From: an uncultured Acidimicrobiales bacterium
GTDB lineage: Bacteria; Actinomycetota; Acidimicrobiia; Acidimicrobiales; DATKAS01
Assembly (NCBI GenBank): GCA_963733765.1
Contig: CAVTEI010000003.1
Location: forward strand, 1,370,671-1,434,670
DNA: 64,000 nucleotides
Direction of reading: 5' to 3'
Part shown: positions 22,483 to 31,524 of the stretch, piece after piece
Layout of the letters: every line of letters begins with the position of its first letter
Numbering within the stretch: the first letter of the stretch is position 1
Translations under genes and position numbers: made by a program
Notes under the pieces: model-generated
Told to the model about the DNA's origin: nothing
What the model saw: only the letters and a program-made list of their open reading frames with translations
Databases searched by the model: none

Positions 22483-23679
22483 TCAATCGGGCAACAGCGG
22501 CACGAGGAACCCTGGGTCGTGGCCGAGCTGCCCGGCGCGACTGACCGCTGCGGACCCGAACCGGTCTCTCACCTCGTCGAGGGTTTCGTCGAGCCGGCTT
22601 GCGGTGCGGCGGCTGAAGGGCAGCGGGAGCTGTACGGCGTCGTTGTCGTCGAGGTTCATGATCGCGATGCCGATCAGCGTCAAGCCCTGCTCCTCGATCA
22701 TGGGTTGGACCGACTCGAGCAAGCCCCGAGCAGTCTCGAGGATCGGCTCGGTGCGGGCGGTGGGCCGGGGCAAAGTGTGCGACCGAGTCGCCCGCGACCA
22801 ATCCTCGAAGCGCATGCGCAGCACGACGGTGCGGCCGACTCTGTCCGCGGCGCGCAGGCGTCGAGTGACGCGATCGACGAGACCCGCCAGGGTCGCCTCG
22901 ATCTCACCCGGTGCCTTGGCTCGCCACCCGATCGCGCGCTGCGACCCGATCGAGCGTCGCCGCCGTCCGACCACGACGGGTCGGGGGTCGTAGTTGTGCG
23001 CGAGCGCGTGCAGATGCCGGCCGCTCGCCGGGCCGAGGATCGACACGAGCGTCGATTCAGCGAGCCGCGCGACGTCGGCGACGGTGTCGATGCCGCGACC
23101 GTGGAGCTTCGTCGCCGTCTTGATGCCGACGCCCCACAGCCGCTCGACAGGCAGGGGATGCAGGAATGCGAGCTCCTGCTCGGGAGGCACGACAAGCAGG
23201 CCGTCGGGCTTGGCAACTCGACTCGCGACCTTCGCCAGGAACTTCGTGCGCGCGACTCCGACGGTGATCGGGAGACCGACGCGCTCGAGCACCCGCGCTC
23301 GAAGGAGGATCGCGATCTCCGTCGGCGTGCCCGCGAGCCTTCGGAGGCCGCCGACGTCGAGGAACGCCTCGTCGATCGAGATGCCCTCGACGAGTGGCGT
23401 CGTGTCGTTGAACACCTCGAACACGGCCTTGCTGGCTTCGGAGTACGCCTCCATACGAGGCGAGACCACGACCGCGTGCGGGCAAAGAGCGCGCGCCTGC
23501 CTTCCGCCCATCGGCGTGAACACGCCGAACGCCTTCGCCTCGTAGCTGGCCGCGAGGACAACGCCCCCGCCCACGATGACCGGCCGACCCCGCAGCGAGG
23601 GGTTGTCGCGCTGCTCGACCGACGCATAGAAGGAGTCGAGGTCGGCATGGAGGATCGTCGCCTCAGATCGCTCGAACAT
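22483..23679 (-). CDS. dinB: DNA polymerase IV
   Basis: ILHADLDSFYASVE, AASYEAKAFGV, SIDEAFLD, LWGVG. Confidence 0.96.
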   Translation of the reverse strand: MFERSEATILHADLDSFYASVEQRDNPSLRGRPVIVGGGVVLAASYEAKAFGVFTPMGGRQARALCPHAVVVSPRMEAYSEASKAVFEVFNDTTPLVEGISIDEAFLDVGGLRRLAGTPTEIAILLRARVLERVGLPITVGVARTKFLAKVASRVAKPDGLLVVPPEQELAFLHPLPVERLWGVGIKTATKLHGRGIDTVADVARLAESTLVSILGPASGRHLHALAHNYDPRPVVVGRRRRSIGSQRAIGWRAKAPGEIEATLAGLVDRVTRRLRAADRVGRTVVLRMRFEDWSRATRSHTLPRPTARTEPILETARGLLESVQPMIEEQGLTLIGIAIMNLDDNDAVQLPLPFSRRTASRLDETLDEVRDRFGSAAVSRAGQLGHDPGFLVPLLPD

Positions 23680-23687
23680 ATGTTCGT
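23672..23687. promoter_or_regulatory. LexA SOS box overlapping the dinB start codon
   Basis: TCGAACATATGTTCGT differs by one base from the actinobacterial TCGAAC-N4-GTTCGA consensus. Confidence 0.9.
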
Positions 23688-23705
23688 AGATGGTATCCTG
23701 CGCGG

Positions 23706-24095
23706 GTGACCGACATCGAGGTCGTCGAGGCGATCTATGCCGCGATGCACGCTCGCGACCTACCCCGCCTCATCGAGCTGATCGACGAGAAGGTCGTCAT
23801 CACGCAGGACCCGCGGCTGCCCTGGGGTGGCCGGTTCGAGGGCCTCGAAGGCTTCGCCCAGTTCGCGGCCGCACTCACCGGGACGATCACCTCCGCGGTC
23901 ACGCACGACGAGCTGTTCGCCGCCGACGGTGATGTGATCCAGGTGGGGCATACGCGGGGGACGGTGAACGAGAGCGGCGCGTCGTTCGACATCGCCGAGG
24001 TGCATCGCTGGACGATCCACGACGGCAAAGCGGTGAGGGCCCACTTCTCGATCGACACGCCCGGCATGCTCGCCGTGCTCGGCTTGGAGGCATAG
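23706..24095 (+). CDS. SnoaL/NTF2-like protein
   Basis: IEVVEAIYAAM...LPWGGRFEG...HRWTIHDGK. Confidence 0.88.
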   Translation: MTDIEVVEAIYAAMHARDLPRLIELIDEKVVITQDPRLPWGGRFEGLEGFAQFAAALTGTITSAVTHDELFAADGDVIQVGHTRGTVNESGASFDIAEVHRWTIHDGKAVRAHFSIDTPGMLAVLGLEA

Positions 24096-24097
24096 CC

Positions 24098-25063
24098 ATC
24101 GACATCTCGTGCACGTTCGCGACCTCCATGGCCACGCCCGAGCATGTCGCGCGTGCCGAAGCGCTCGGCTATCGGCGGGCCTGGCTGTACGACTCGCCCG
24201 CGCTCTACCCCGACGTCTGGATGATCTTGGCCGAGTGCGCGCGCCGCACGTCGACGATCGAGCTCGGTCCGGGCGTCGCGATCCCCTCGCTCCGCCACCC
24301 GATGGTCACGGCGTCGGCCGTCGCGACGTTGGTCGATCTCGCGCCCGGCCGCGTGAACCTGGCGATCGGGTCGGGGTTCACCGGCCGGCTCACGCTCGGG
24401 CAGAAGCCGCTCAAGTGGTCCTTCGTCCGCGAGTACGTCAGTGCGGTCATCGGCCTCCTCGCTGGGGAGACCGTCGAGTGGGAGGGAGCGCCGATCCGGA
24501 TGCTGCACCCCTCGGGCTTCGGCGCCGCGAGGCCGATCCGCGTCCCGATCATCCTCGGCACGGGTGGGCCGAAGGGCGAGGCGGTCGCGCACGAGCTCGC
24601 CGACGGCGTCTTTGCCACCGGCCCCAGCCCCGGTTTCGAGCGGTGCTCGGTGCTCACCTTCGGCACCGTGCTCGACGACGGCGAAGACGCGGGCAGCGCG
24701 CGCAGCATGGCGGCGGCCGGTCACGCGGGGGCGCTCATGTATCACGCCCTGCACCTGCGGGGCATGGCGGCATCGCTTCCCGACGGCGACAAGTGGGTCG
24801 CCGCGCTCGAAGCCTTCCCCGAAGCCGAACAGCACCTCGCGCTGCACGAGGGTCACTTGATCGAGGCGAACGAGCGCGACCGGCTCGTGGTCACCGGCGA
24901 GACCCTCAAGATGTTCGGCCTCGCCCGCAGCGCGGATGAGTGGGCGGCGCGGCTTGCCGAGCTCGCAGAGGCGGGCGCGACCGAAGTTGCCTATCAGCCG
25001 GCCGGTCCCGACATCTCCGCGGAGCTCGAACGCTTCATGACCGCGGCTCGGGCGAGGGCATGA
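24098..25063 (+). CDS. LLM class flavin/F420-dependent oxidoreductase (apparent start is ATC at 24098; first ATG at 24128)
   Basis: (I)DISCTFATSMATPEHVARAEALGYRRAWLYDSP...IELGPGVAIPSLRHP...PGRVNLAIGSG. Confidence 0.9.
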   Translation: MDISCTFATSMATPEHVARAEALGYRRAWLYDSPALYPDVWMILAECARRTSTIELGPGVAIPSLRHPMVTASAVATLVDLAPGRVNLAIGSGFTGRLTLGQKPLKWSFVREYVSAVIGLLAGETVEWEGAPIRMLHPSGFGAARPIRVPIILGTGGPKGEAVAHELADGVFATGPSPGFERCSVLTFGTVLDDGEDAGSARSMAAAGHAGALMYHALHLRGMAASLPDGDKWVAALEAFPEAEQHLALHEGHLIEANERDRLVVTGETLKMFGLARSADEWAARLAELAEAGATEVAYQPAGPDISAELERFMTAARARA

Positions 25064-26009
25064 CGCCGGCCTGACGAAGCCCGAGCAGGTTGTCGACGAT
25101 CCCTCGCTGATGAACGACGCGGCCCGACTCGTCGAACTCGAGCAAGATCATCTCTTCGAATTCGAGCCGCCTCCCGGTTGCGGGCAGTGGTCCCCATGCG
25201 CCGAGCTGGGTTCCTGACGTCCTGAGGTGCACGGCGACGCGCCAGCCCTCGGCCACCATCGACAGCAGCTCCTCGTGGTAGTCGGGGAACGTCGCCCAAG
25301 CGCCGTCGACCATTGCTCGGACCCCCTCGGCGCCGTGGCGCAGCGGGCCGTACGGCCGGTAGTCGGCGACGTAGTCGGGTGCGTACAGCTCGTCGAGCAC
25401 GTCGAACTGGCGGCCGTTCCAGATCTCGTCGAACAGCCGCCGCACGACTTCCTTGTGGCGCTCGCACCTCCACTCGCGCCCCTGTCGGACCAGATCGGAC
25501 ACGATCGCGGTCTTCGCGATCGCGTACTGGTTGCCGTCACGCCACGGCAGCCGCGCGAGGTCACGCTTCACGGCTTCGTAGCGAGTGCGGCTCACCTCGT
25601 CGACGCGCAGCCAGTCGCGGAAGTCGAGGTAGTCCAGGATCTCCTGGGCGCCAGCGCTGACGACGTGGATGTGGACGTCGCGCGCCGGGGTGCGCAGCAG
25701 GCGGTGGTCCGGCTCGCGCCTTCGCAGGACGAACCCGGCGTCGACGAGCCGGGGTAGGAACGCATCGTCGTGCGAGACGTCGGCAACCACGACGAGGATG
25801 TCGATGATCGGCTTGGCGGTGAGGCCGGGCACCGACGTCGAGCCGATGTGCTCGATGCGCAACGCGGAGGCGCCGAGCGCCGCCGCGATCCGGGCGCGGA
25901 GGTGTTCGTACCGATCGGCCCAGGATGGGTCGTACTCCGTGAGGACGATCTGCACTGACGGCTCGACGCCCTCGATCACAGCGGGATCTGGGTCTGGAGA
26001 CGCGCCCAT
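25035..26009 (-). CDS. GrpB/UPF0157 domain fused to a SnoaL-like ester cyclase domain
   Basis: N-terminal IEHIGSTSVPGLTAKPIIDI...FRDWLR...Y..K; C-terminal KEVVRRLFDEIWNG...GTQLG...PATGRR. Confidence 0.85.
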   Translation of the reverse strand: MGASPDPDPAVIEGVEPSVQIVLTEYDPSWADRYEHLRARIAAALGASALRIEHIGSTSVPGLTAKPIIDILVVVADVSHDDAFLPRLVDAGFVLRRREPDHRLLRTPARDVHIHVVSAGAQEILDYLDFRDWLRVDEVSRTRYEAVKRDLARLPWRDGNQYAIAKTAIVSDLVRQGREWRCERHKEVVRRLFDEIWNGRQFDVLDELYAPDYVADYRPYGPLRHGAEGVRAMVDGAWATFPDYHEELLSMVAEGWRVAVHLRTSGTQLGAWGPLPATGRRLEFEEMILLEFDESGRVVHQRGIVDNLLGLRQAGVMPSPEPRS

Positions 26010-26044
26010 GTCGCATCTTGGCCCGCCGCCGTATCGTTCGCGTG

Positions 26045-26827
26045 ATGCCTCACTTCGATGCCGCCACCGTCACCGTCGACGATGTGGTCGAATCGCTCGA
26101 CAGTGAGGGCTACTGCATCGTCGAGGGGATGCTGTCGATTGCCGAAGCCGCCGCGGCGAAGGCGTCGTTGCGGGAGGTCCTCGACGAGATCCCGTTCGGA
26201 CGCAACGACTTCGAGGGCTTCAGCACCCGCCGGGTGTACGCGCTGTTCGCGAAGACCCGGGCGTTCGACGCGGCGGCGATCGATCCGCTGCTCCTCGGCG
26301 TGCTCGACCGGTTCCTGGGCCACTATCAGCTGTCTGCGCCCACTGGCATCCAGATCGGGCCGGGGGAGAGCGCACAGGGGCTGCATTACGACGCGAGCGT
26401 CTATCCCCTTCCGCGCACGTTCGGTGATGTGGTGCTGAACACGATGTGGGCGCTCGACGACTTCACGGTCGAGAACGGCGCGACCCGGATCGTGCCCGGC
26501 AGCCATCGTTGGGAGGGCCGGCAACCGACGGCCGAGGATCGAGTCGTCGATGCGGTGATGCCCGCGGGATCGGTGATCTTCTACGGCGGCAAGGTCTTCC
26601 ACGGGGGCGGGGCGAACCAGACCGACACGCCGCGTCTCGGAGTCATCCTCGAGTACGTCGCGGCGTGGCTGCGCGCGCAGGAGACGCACCTGCTCGCCGT
26701 GCCGCGCGCGACGGTCGCGGAGCTGCCTGGACGCCTTCAGGAGTTGCTCGGCTACAACATCTATCCGCCGTTCCTCGGATACGTCGACGGGCGCCACCCC
26801 CGCCGCTACATCACGGAGCGCGCCTGA
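26045..26827 (+). CDS. Phytanoyl-CoA dioxygenase (PhyH) family protein
   Basis: QGLHYD, WALDDFTVENGATRIVPGSH, FHGGGAN. Confidence 0.92.
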   Translation: MPHFDAATVTVDDVVESLDSEGYCIVEGMLSIAEAAAAKASLREVLDEIPFGRNDFEGFSTRRVYALFAKTRAFDAAAIDPLLLGVLDRFLGHYQLSAPTGIQIGPGESAQGLHYDASVYPLPRTFGDVVLNTMWALDDFTVENGATRIVPGSHRWEGRQPTAEDRVVDAVMPAGSVIFYGGKVFHGGGANQTDTPRLGVILEYVAAWLRAQETHLLAVPRATVAELPGRLQELLGYNIYPPFLGYVDGRHPRRYITERA

Positions 26828-26839
26828 GGCCGAGCCCCT

Positions 26840-26873
26840 AGCTCTGCGTGTTCAACAGCTCTGCGTGTTCAAC
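26840..26873. repeat. 17-bp tandem duplication (AGCTCTGCGTGTTCAAC x2) at the 3' end of the cNMP-binding gene
   Basis: Read directly from the sequence. Confidence 0.9.
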
Positions 26874-27214
26874 CTCCGCAGGCGGTCGGCCAGCGACGAC
26901 ATCACTTCCAACGCGAACGTCGGCGTCTCGTGGATGAGGAACAAGAACTCGCGTTGGTCGATCACGGCGAGCGAACAGTCCTTCGCGGCCACTGCGGACA
27001 GGGAGCGCGGCGACTTGTCGATGATGGCCATCTCACCGAAGACGTCGCCCTCGTCGACCGTCCCCACGGAGTTCGCTCCGTGCTTCAGCTCGACCTGGCC
27101 GCTCACGACGCCGTACATGCAGTCGCCGACCTCACCTTCGAGGAAGATCGTGTCGCCGCTGGCGAAGTCCTTGGTCGTCCGCGCGTTGAGAAAGACACCC
27201 CGTACCGTCGTCAT
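26852..27214 (-). CDS. Stand-alone cyclic nucleotide-binding domain protein (no HTH)
   Basis: IFLEGEVGDCMYGVVSGQV...FGEMAIIDKSPRSLSAVA phosphate-binding cassette; 120 aa. Confidence 0.92.
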   Translation of the reverse strand: MTTVRGVFLNARTTKDFASGDTIFLEGEVGDCMYGVVSGQVELKHGANSVGTVDEGDVFGEMAIIDKSPRSLSAVAAKDCSLAVIDQREFLFLIHETPTFALEVMSSLADRLRRLNTQSC

Positions 27215-27272
27215 TCGGCGGAGTCTTGTGCTTGCAGGTGAACGGAGAATGGCCAGTAGGTAGCGATTCGGA

Positions 27273-28412
27273 TCAGCTCCCGGACACGTCGGTGAGGAGC
27301 GCGGCCATGACCAGCGAGGCACCTCGCGTGTCGCCCATGGTGCCCTCGCCCATGCGGTTCATCACGTAGGCAACGGTCATGCGCGCGTCGAAGTCGTTGA
27401 CGACGATCGAGCCACCCCAGCCGCCCCAGAAGCAGGCGCGGGGGTTCGGGCTGATGGGCAGGTCGGCCGAATTCAGGCCGTAGTTCATGCCGAGGCGCAC
27501 GGGTAGGCCGAGGATGAGGTCGACACCCTGGATCTGCTCGTCGAACACGGCCTCGCATCCCTTCGCCGAGAGCAACCGAGTGCCTCCGGTCTCGCCGCCA
27601 TTCGACAGCGCCGATTGCACCATGGCGACCGATCGGGCGTTGCCGTGCCCACCACCGGCGGGGATCTCGGCGCGCCGCCAGGGGATCTCCCACGACTGCG
27701 GGGCTGAGATCGGCGGGTTGCCGAACGTCTTGAGGAGCACCTCGCTGGGGTCCTCGGGGATGGGGAGCGGCCCCGACGGAGGGATCACCAGCGCGACGCG
27801 CGGGTCGCACTCCTCGGGCGTGCCGATGTGGAAGTCGGCGCCGAGAGGCCCGGCGAGCTCCTTCGCGAAGAACGTGCCGACCGACTCCCCGGCAACGCGT
27901 CGCACGACCTCGCCGACGAGGTAACCCTGCGTGATCGCGTGGTAGCCCGACGCGGTGCCCGGCTCCCACCACGGCGCCTGAGCGGCGAGCAACGAGGTGC
28001 ACTTCTCCCAGTCGTAGAGGTCCTCGGCGACCATTGGCTCTTCCCAGCCCGAGAGGCCGGCGGTGTGCGCCATCAAGTGGCGCACTTCGACGTTCTCCTT
28101 GCCCGCCGCAGCGAACTCCGGCCAGTACTTCGCGACCTTGCCGTACAGATCGAGCTCACCCCGATCGGCGAGCATCAGCGCACACAGCGCGGTCATCGTC
28201 TTGGTCGTCGACCAGACGTTGATGATCGTGTCGCGCTCCCACGGCGTCGTCTTCGCCTCGTCGATGTACCCACCCCACAGGTCGACCACGAGCTCGCCCT
28301 CGAGGACGACGGCGACCGATGCACCGACATCGAGACCCTGGTCGAAGTTCTGCGCGAACGCCGTCTTGACCATGTCGAAACGCGGATCGCAGGTGCCCTT
28401 GATGTCAGCCAC
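27273..28412 (-). CDS. Serine hydrolase, beta-lactamase fold (family VIII esterase-like)
   Basis: WSTTK (SxxK), LMAHTAG, GYHAITQG, WGGWGGS. Confidence 0.9.
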   Translation of the reverse strand: MADIKGTCDPRFDMVKTAFAQNFDQGLDVGASVAVVLEGELVVDLWGGYIDEAKTTPWERDTIINVWSTTKTMTALCALMLADRGELDLYGKVAKYWPEFAAAGKENVEVRHLMAHTAGLSGWEEPMVAEDLYDWEKCTSLLAAQAPWWEPGTASGYHAITQGYLVGEVVRRVAGESVGTFFAKELAGPLGADFHIGTPEECDPRVALVIPPSGPLPIPEDPSEVLLKTFGNPPISAPQSWEIPWRRAEIPAGGGHGNARSVAMVQSALSNGGETGGTRLLSAKGCEAVFDEQIQGVDLILGLPVRLGMNYGLNSADLPISPNPRACFWGGWGGSIVVNDFDARMTVAYVMNRMGEGTMGDTRGASLVMAALLTDVSGS

Positions 28413-28470
28413 GTTGCCCCCAGGAGTCGTCGGTGGCGCGACCCTACGCCGCCTGAGGCAGGCTTAGACC

Positions 28471-29958
28471 ATGAAGCGCATCCCGCACTGGATCGGCGGG
28501 AAGGTCACGCCCGGCACGTCCGGCCGCACCGCTCCCGTCTACGACCCCGCCACCGGCGCCCAGACGGGCGAGGTCGACCTGGCCTCGGCCGAGGAGGTGG
28601 ACGACGCGGTCGAGGAAGCCGCGTCCGCGTTCCCGGCCTGGCGATCGGCCTCGCTCTCGCAGCGCACCGAGGTGCTCTTCCGGTTCCGCGAGCTCGTCGA
28701 CCGACATCGGGCCGATCTGGCAGCCGCCATCACGGCCGAGCACGGCAAGGTGCTCTCCGACGCGGGCGGCGAGGTGGCGCGTGCAGTCGAAGTCGTCGAG
28801 TTCGCGTGCGGGTTGGCGGACCACCTGAAGGGCTCGTACAGCGAGCAGGTCTCGACCGGCATCGACGTGTACTCGATCCGTCAGCCGCTCGGTGTCGTTG
28901 CGGGCATCACACCGTTCAACTTCCCGGTGATGGTGCCGCTGTGGATGGTGTCGAACGCGATCGCGTGCGGGAACGCGTTCGTGCTCAAGCCGAGCGAGAA
29001 GGATCCGTCGCCTTCGTTGCTCTTGGCTGAGCTGCTCGCCGAGGCGGGCGTGCCCGACGGGGTGTTCAACGTCATTCAGGGCGACCGGGTGGCGGTGAAC
29101 AGGATCCTCGAGCATCCGGGCATCGCAGCGGTGAGCTTCGTGGGATCGACACCGATCGCGAAGCACGTCTACGAGACGGGCACCCGCGCCGGCAAGCGCG
29201 TGCAGGCCCTCGGCGGCGCGAAGAACCACATGGTCGTGCTTCCCGATGCCGACGTCGACGCGGCCGCAGATGCGGCGGTGTCTGCCGCATATGGGTCCGC
29301 AGGCGAGCGGTGCATGGCGATCTCCGTTGTCGTGGCCGTGGGAGACGTTGCCGACCCGCTCGTGGCAGCGATCTCGTCTCGGCTTCCCAAGCTGCGCATC
29401 GGGCCCGGTACTGATCCCGACAGCGAGATGGGCCCCCTGGTGACAGGCGAGCACCGCGACAAGGTCGCGGGCTATGTCGACCGCGGATACGGCGAGGGCG
29501 CGACGGTCGTGGTCGACGGACGGGAGCGCGCGTTCGAAGGCGAGGGGTTCTTCCTCGGTGTGTCGCTGCTCGATCACGTCACGCCGGAGATGGACGTCTA
29601 TCGCGACGAGATCTTCGGCCCGGTCCTCTGCGTGGTGCGCGCGGCCTCCTACGACGAGGCCGTTCGTCTCGTGGACGAGAACCCGTACGGCAACGGCACG
29701 GCGATCTTCACGCGCGACGGAGGAGCGGCGCGCCGCTTCCAGTTCGACGTGCAGGCCGGGATGGTCGGCGTGAACGTTCCCATTCCCGTCCCAGTCGCGT
29801 CGTTCAGCTTCGGAGGCTGGAAGTCATCGTTGTTCGGAGACCGGCACATGTACGGCCCCGACGGCGTCGACTTCTACACGCGCACCAAGGTCGTCACGGC
29901 CCGCTGGCCCGATCCGTCGACGAGTCGAGTGGACCTGGGCTTTCCTCAGACGCGCTGA
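28471..29958 (+). CDS. mmsA: CoA-acylating methylmalonate-semialdehyde dehydrogenase
   Basis: ITPFNFPVMVPLW, SFVGSTPIA, LGGAKNH, AYGSAGERCMA, EIFGPV, GVNVPIPVP. Confidence 0.96.
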   Translation: MKRIPHWIGGKVTPGTSGRTAPVYDPATGAQTGEVDLASAEEVDDAVEEAASAFPAWRSASLSQRTEVLFRFRELVDRHRADLAAAITAEHGKVLSDAGGEVARAVEVVEFACGLADHLKGSYSEQVSTGIDVYSIRQPLGVVAGITPFNFPVMVPLWMVSNAIACGNAFVLKPSEKDPSPSLLLAELLAEAGVPDGVFNVIQGDRVAVNRILEHPGIAAVSFVGSTPIAKHVYETGTRAGKRVQALGGAKNHMVVLPDADVDAAADAAVSAAYGSAGERCMAISVVVAVGDVADPLVAAISSRLPKLRIGPGTDPDSEMGPLVTGEHRDKVAGYVDRGYGEGATVVVDGRERAFEGEGFFLGVSLLDHVTPEMDVYRDEIFGPVLCVVRAASYDEAVRLVDENPYGNGTAIFTRDGGAARRFQFDVQAGMVGVNVPIPVPVASFSFGGWKSSLFGDRHMYGPDGVDFYTRTKVVTARWPDPSTSRVDLGFPQTR

Positions 29959-30910
29959 TTCCGGCCAGCTCACGAGTCAACGGAGAAAGCGCGATCTCGC
30001 CGCGTTCCGCGCTCCGCTCCAGCCCGAAGGCGCGGTACACGACGGTGCCCAGGATCTCGCCGTCTGTCAGCTCGACGCGGCCCACATCGATCCCGGCCTT
30101 GATCTGGAAGCCCTTTGCCGCAGCGTCCTGCTGGAACGCTCGGGTGAACGCAAGGGAATCGAGCGGATCCTCGAATGCGGCCAGGCATCCGTCGCCCAGG
30201 GTCTTCACAATGGTGGCGTGGTGGGCGTCGCCGAGCGCCCGCATCCACGCCGCCGACTCGCGATGGAGCGCCATCACCTCGGGGTCGCTCAGCTTCTCGA
30301 CCGTCGCTGTCGAGCCGCAGATGTCGACGCAAGCGACCGCCATCAGCGCGGGGCCGTGACTCTCTCCGGTCCGGAGCGGCGGAAACGAGCGGTTGTCACC
30401 GAGCCACGACGCCTGGAAGACCTCCTCGAGGTGAGGGAAGTCGCGGATGCGGTGATAGCCGAGACTGCGCAGGGCGACGCGGTCGGCGAGCGACGGCTCG
30501 GCGAGCAGTGCGGTGACGTGAGACACCACAGTCTGTCCCCCGTGTGCGGCCGCGCGGAGCCTTGCTGCTTGGTTGACGGCGGTTCCGTAGTAGTCGTCGG
30601 AGATTGCGTCGACCTCACCGACATGGATCCCTATCCGGAGCTGGATCTCGAGTGACTCGATCGGCTGGCTGAGTCGGTCTTGAAGCGCACATCCCGCGAG
30701 CACGGCATCGGTGGCGAAACCGAACACGGCGAAGTGGCTGTCGCCTTCCCCCCGCGCTTTGAGGAGGTCGCCTCCGTGCGCCGAGACGACGGCACCGACC
30801 GTGCTGTCGAGAGCCGCGACCGCCTCGGTCATGGCGCGGGGCTGCGATGCCCAGTGGGTGTTGCTGCCCTCGATGTCACTCATGAGGAATGCGCGTAGCG
30901 AGCGACTCAT
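29894..30910 (-). CDS. Tandem two-domain class III adenylate/guanylate cyclase
   Basis: Domain 1: SDIEGS, KARGEGDS, RIGIHVG, DYYGTAVNQAARL. Domain 2: VDICGST, KTLGDG, KAGIDVG, EILGTVVYRAFGL. Overlaps the mmsA 3' end convergently. Confidence 0.88.
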   Translation of the reverse strand: MSRSLRAFLMSDIEGSNTHWASQPRAMTEAVAALDSTVGAVVSAHGGDLLKARGEGDSHFAVFGFATDAVLAGCALQDRLSQPIESLEIQLRIGIHVGEVDAISDDYYGTAVNQAARLRAAAHGGQTVVSHVTALLAEPSLADRVALRSLGYHRIRDFPHLEEVFQASWLGDNRSFPPLRTGESHGPALMAVACVDICGSTATVEKLSDPEVMALHRESAAWMRALGDAHHATIVKTLGDGCLAAFEDPLDSLAFTRAFQQDAAAKGFQIKAGIDVGRVELTDGEILGTVVYRAFGLERSAERGEIALSPLTRELAGISASEESPGPLDSSTDRASGP

Positions 30911-31442
30911 GACGCCTCCCGTTGGAGTGTGTATGTCGCCGGGGGCTGTTGCTTCTTCCACGGGCCGCGCTCGTTGTTGGGCAGTTGACGGTACACCGGC
31001 TCGCTGATGCGGATGCCGGGTCCGGCGCCCATGCGGAATACGTGAATGACACCGGCACCGAGGATGTCGTAGCGACGCGAGGCACCGGTGCCGAGCTCGC
31101 CTTCGACGACCACCGAGAGGTGGATGTTGGCGCCGACGTCGAGTGCGACCCCATGTTCGGTGCCAAGCGCGCGCACCGGATCAGTGAGCCCTCGGACGCA
31201 TTGCACTGCCTGCGCCGGCGTCGGCTTCGTCGAACACGGCGAGACAGCCGTCGCCGACGAACTTCACGATGCGGCCGCCGCCGGCCTCGATGCGATCGGC
31301 CATCGAATCGGTAGAAGTCGTCGACGAGCAGCGCGAGCTGCATGGAGCTGAGGGGGGCGATGGCCCGGCTGAAGCCCGCCAGATCGACCATCACCATGAC
31401 GAGGCGGCGCTCAACGAGCTCCGCGGGAGCAGAGGTGGACAT
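30907..31442 (-). CDS. Single-domain class III adenylate/guanylate cyclase (two +1 frameshifts near 31305 and 31216)
   Basis: Repaired translation (177 aa): MVMVDLAGFSR...RIVKFVGDGCLAVF...RRYDILGAGVIHVFRM; AGGAGG RBS; ATGA overlap with the next gene. Confidence 0.85.
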
Positions 31443-31524
31443 GGATCCTCCTGTTCGTGGTTCTGACCTTGCTGTTGCGGGGGTGGCTCCCGCGGGGCCC
31501 TCGAAAGGGGTGCCGAACCAAAGG

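Noticed and set aside
27273..28412. Beta-lactamase resistance gene
   Set aside because: No signal peptide, and the WGG motif fits family VIII esterases.
29894..31442. Pycsar or CBASS anti-phage system
   Set aside because: No adjacent TIR or TM effector fused to a cNMP-binding domain, no CD-NTase and no defence-island context; kept only as an unusual cyclase pair.
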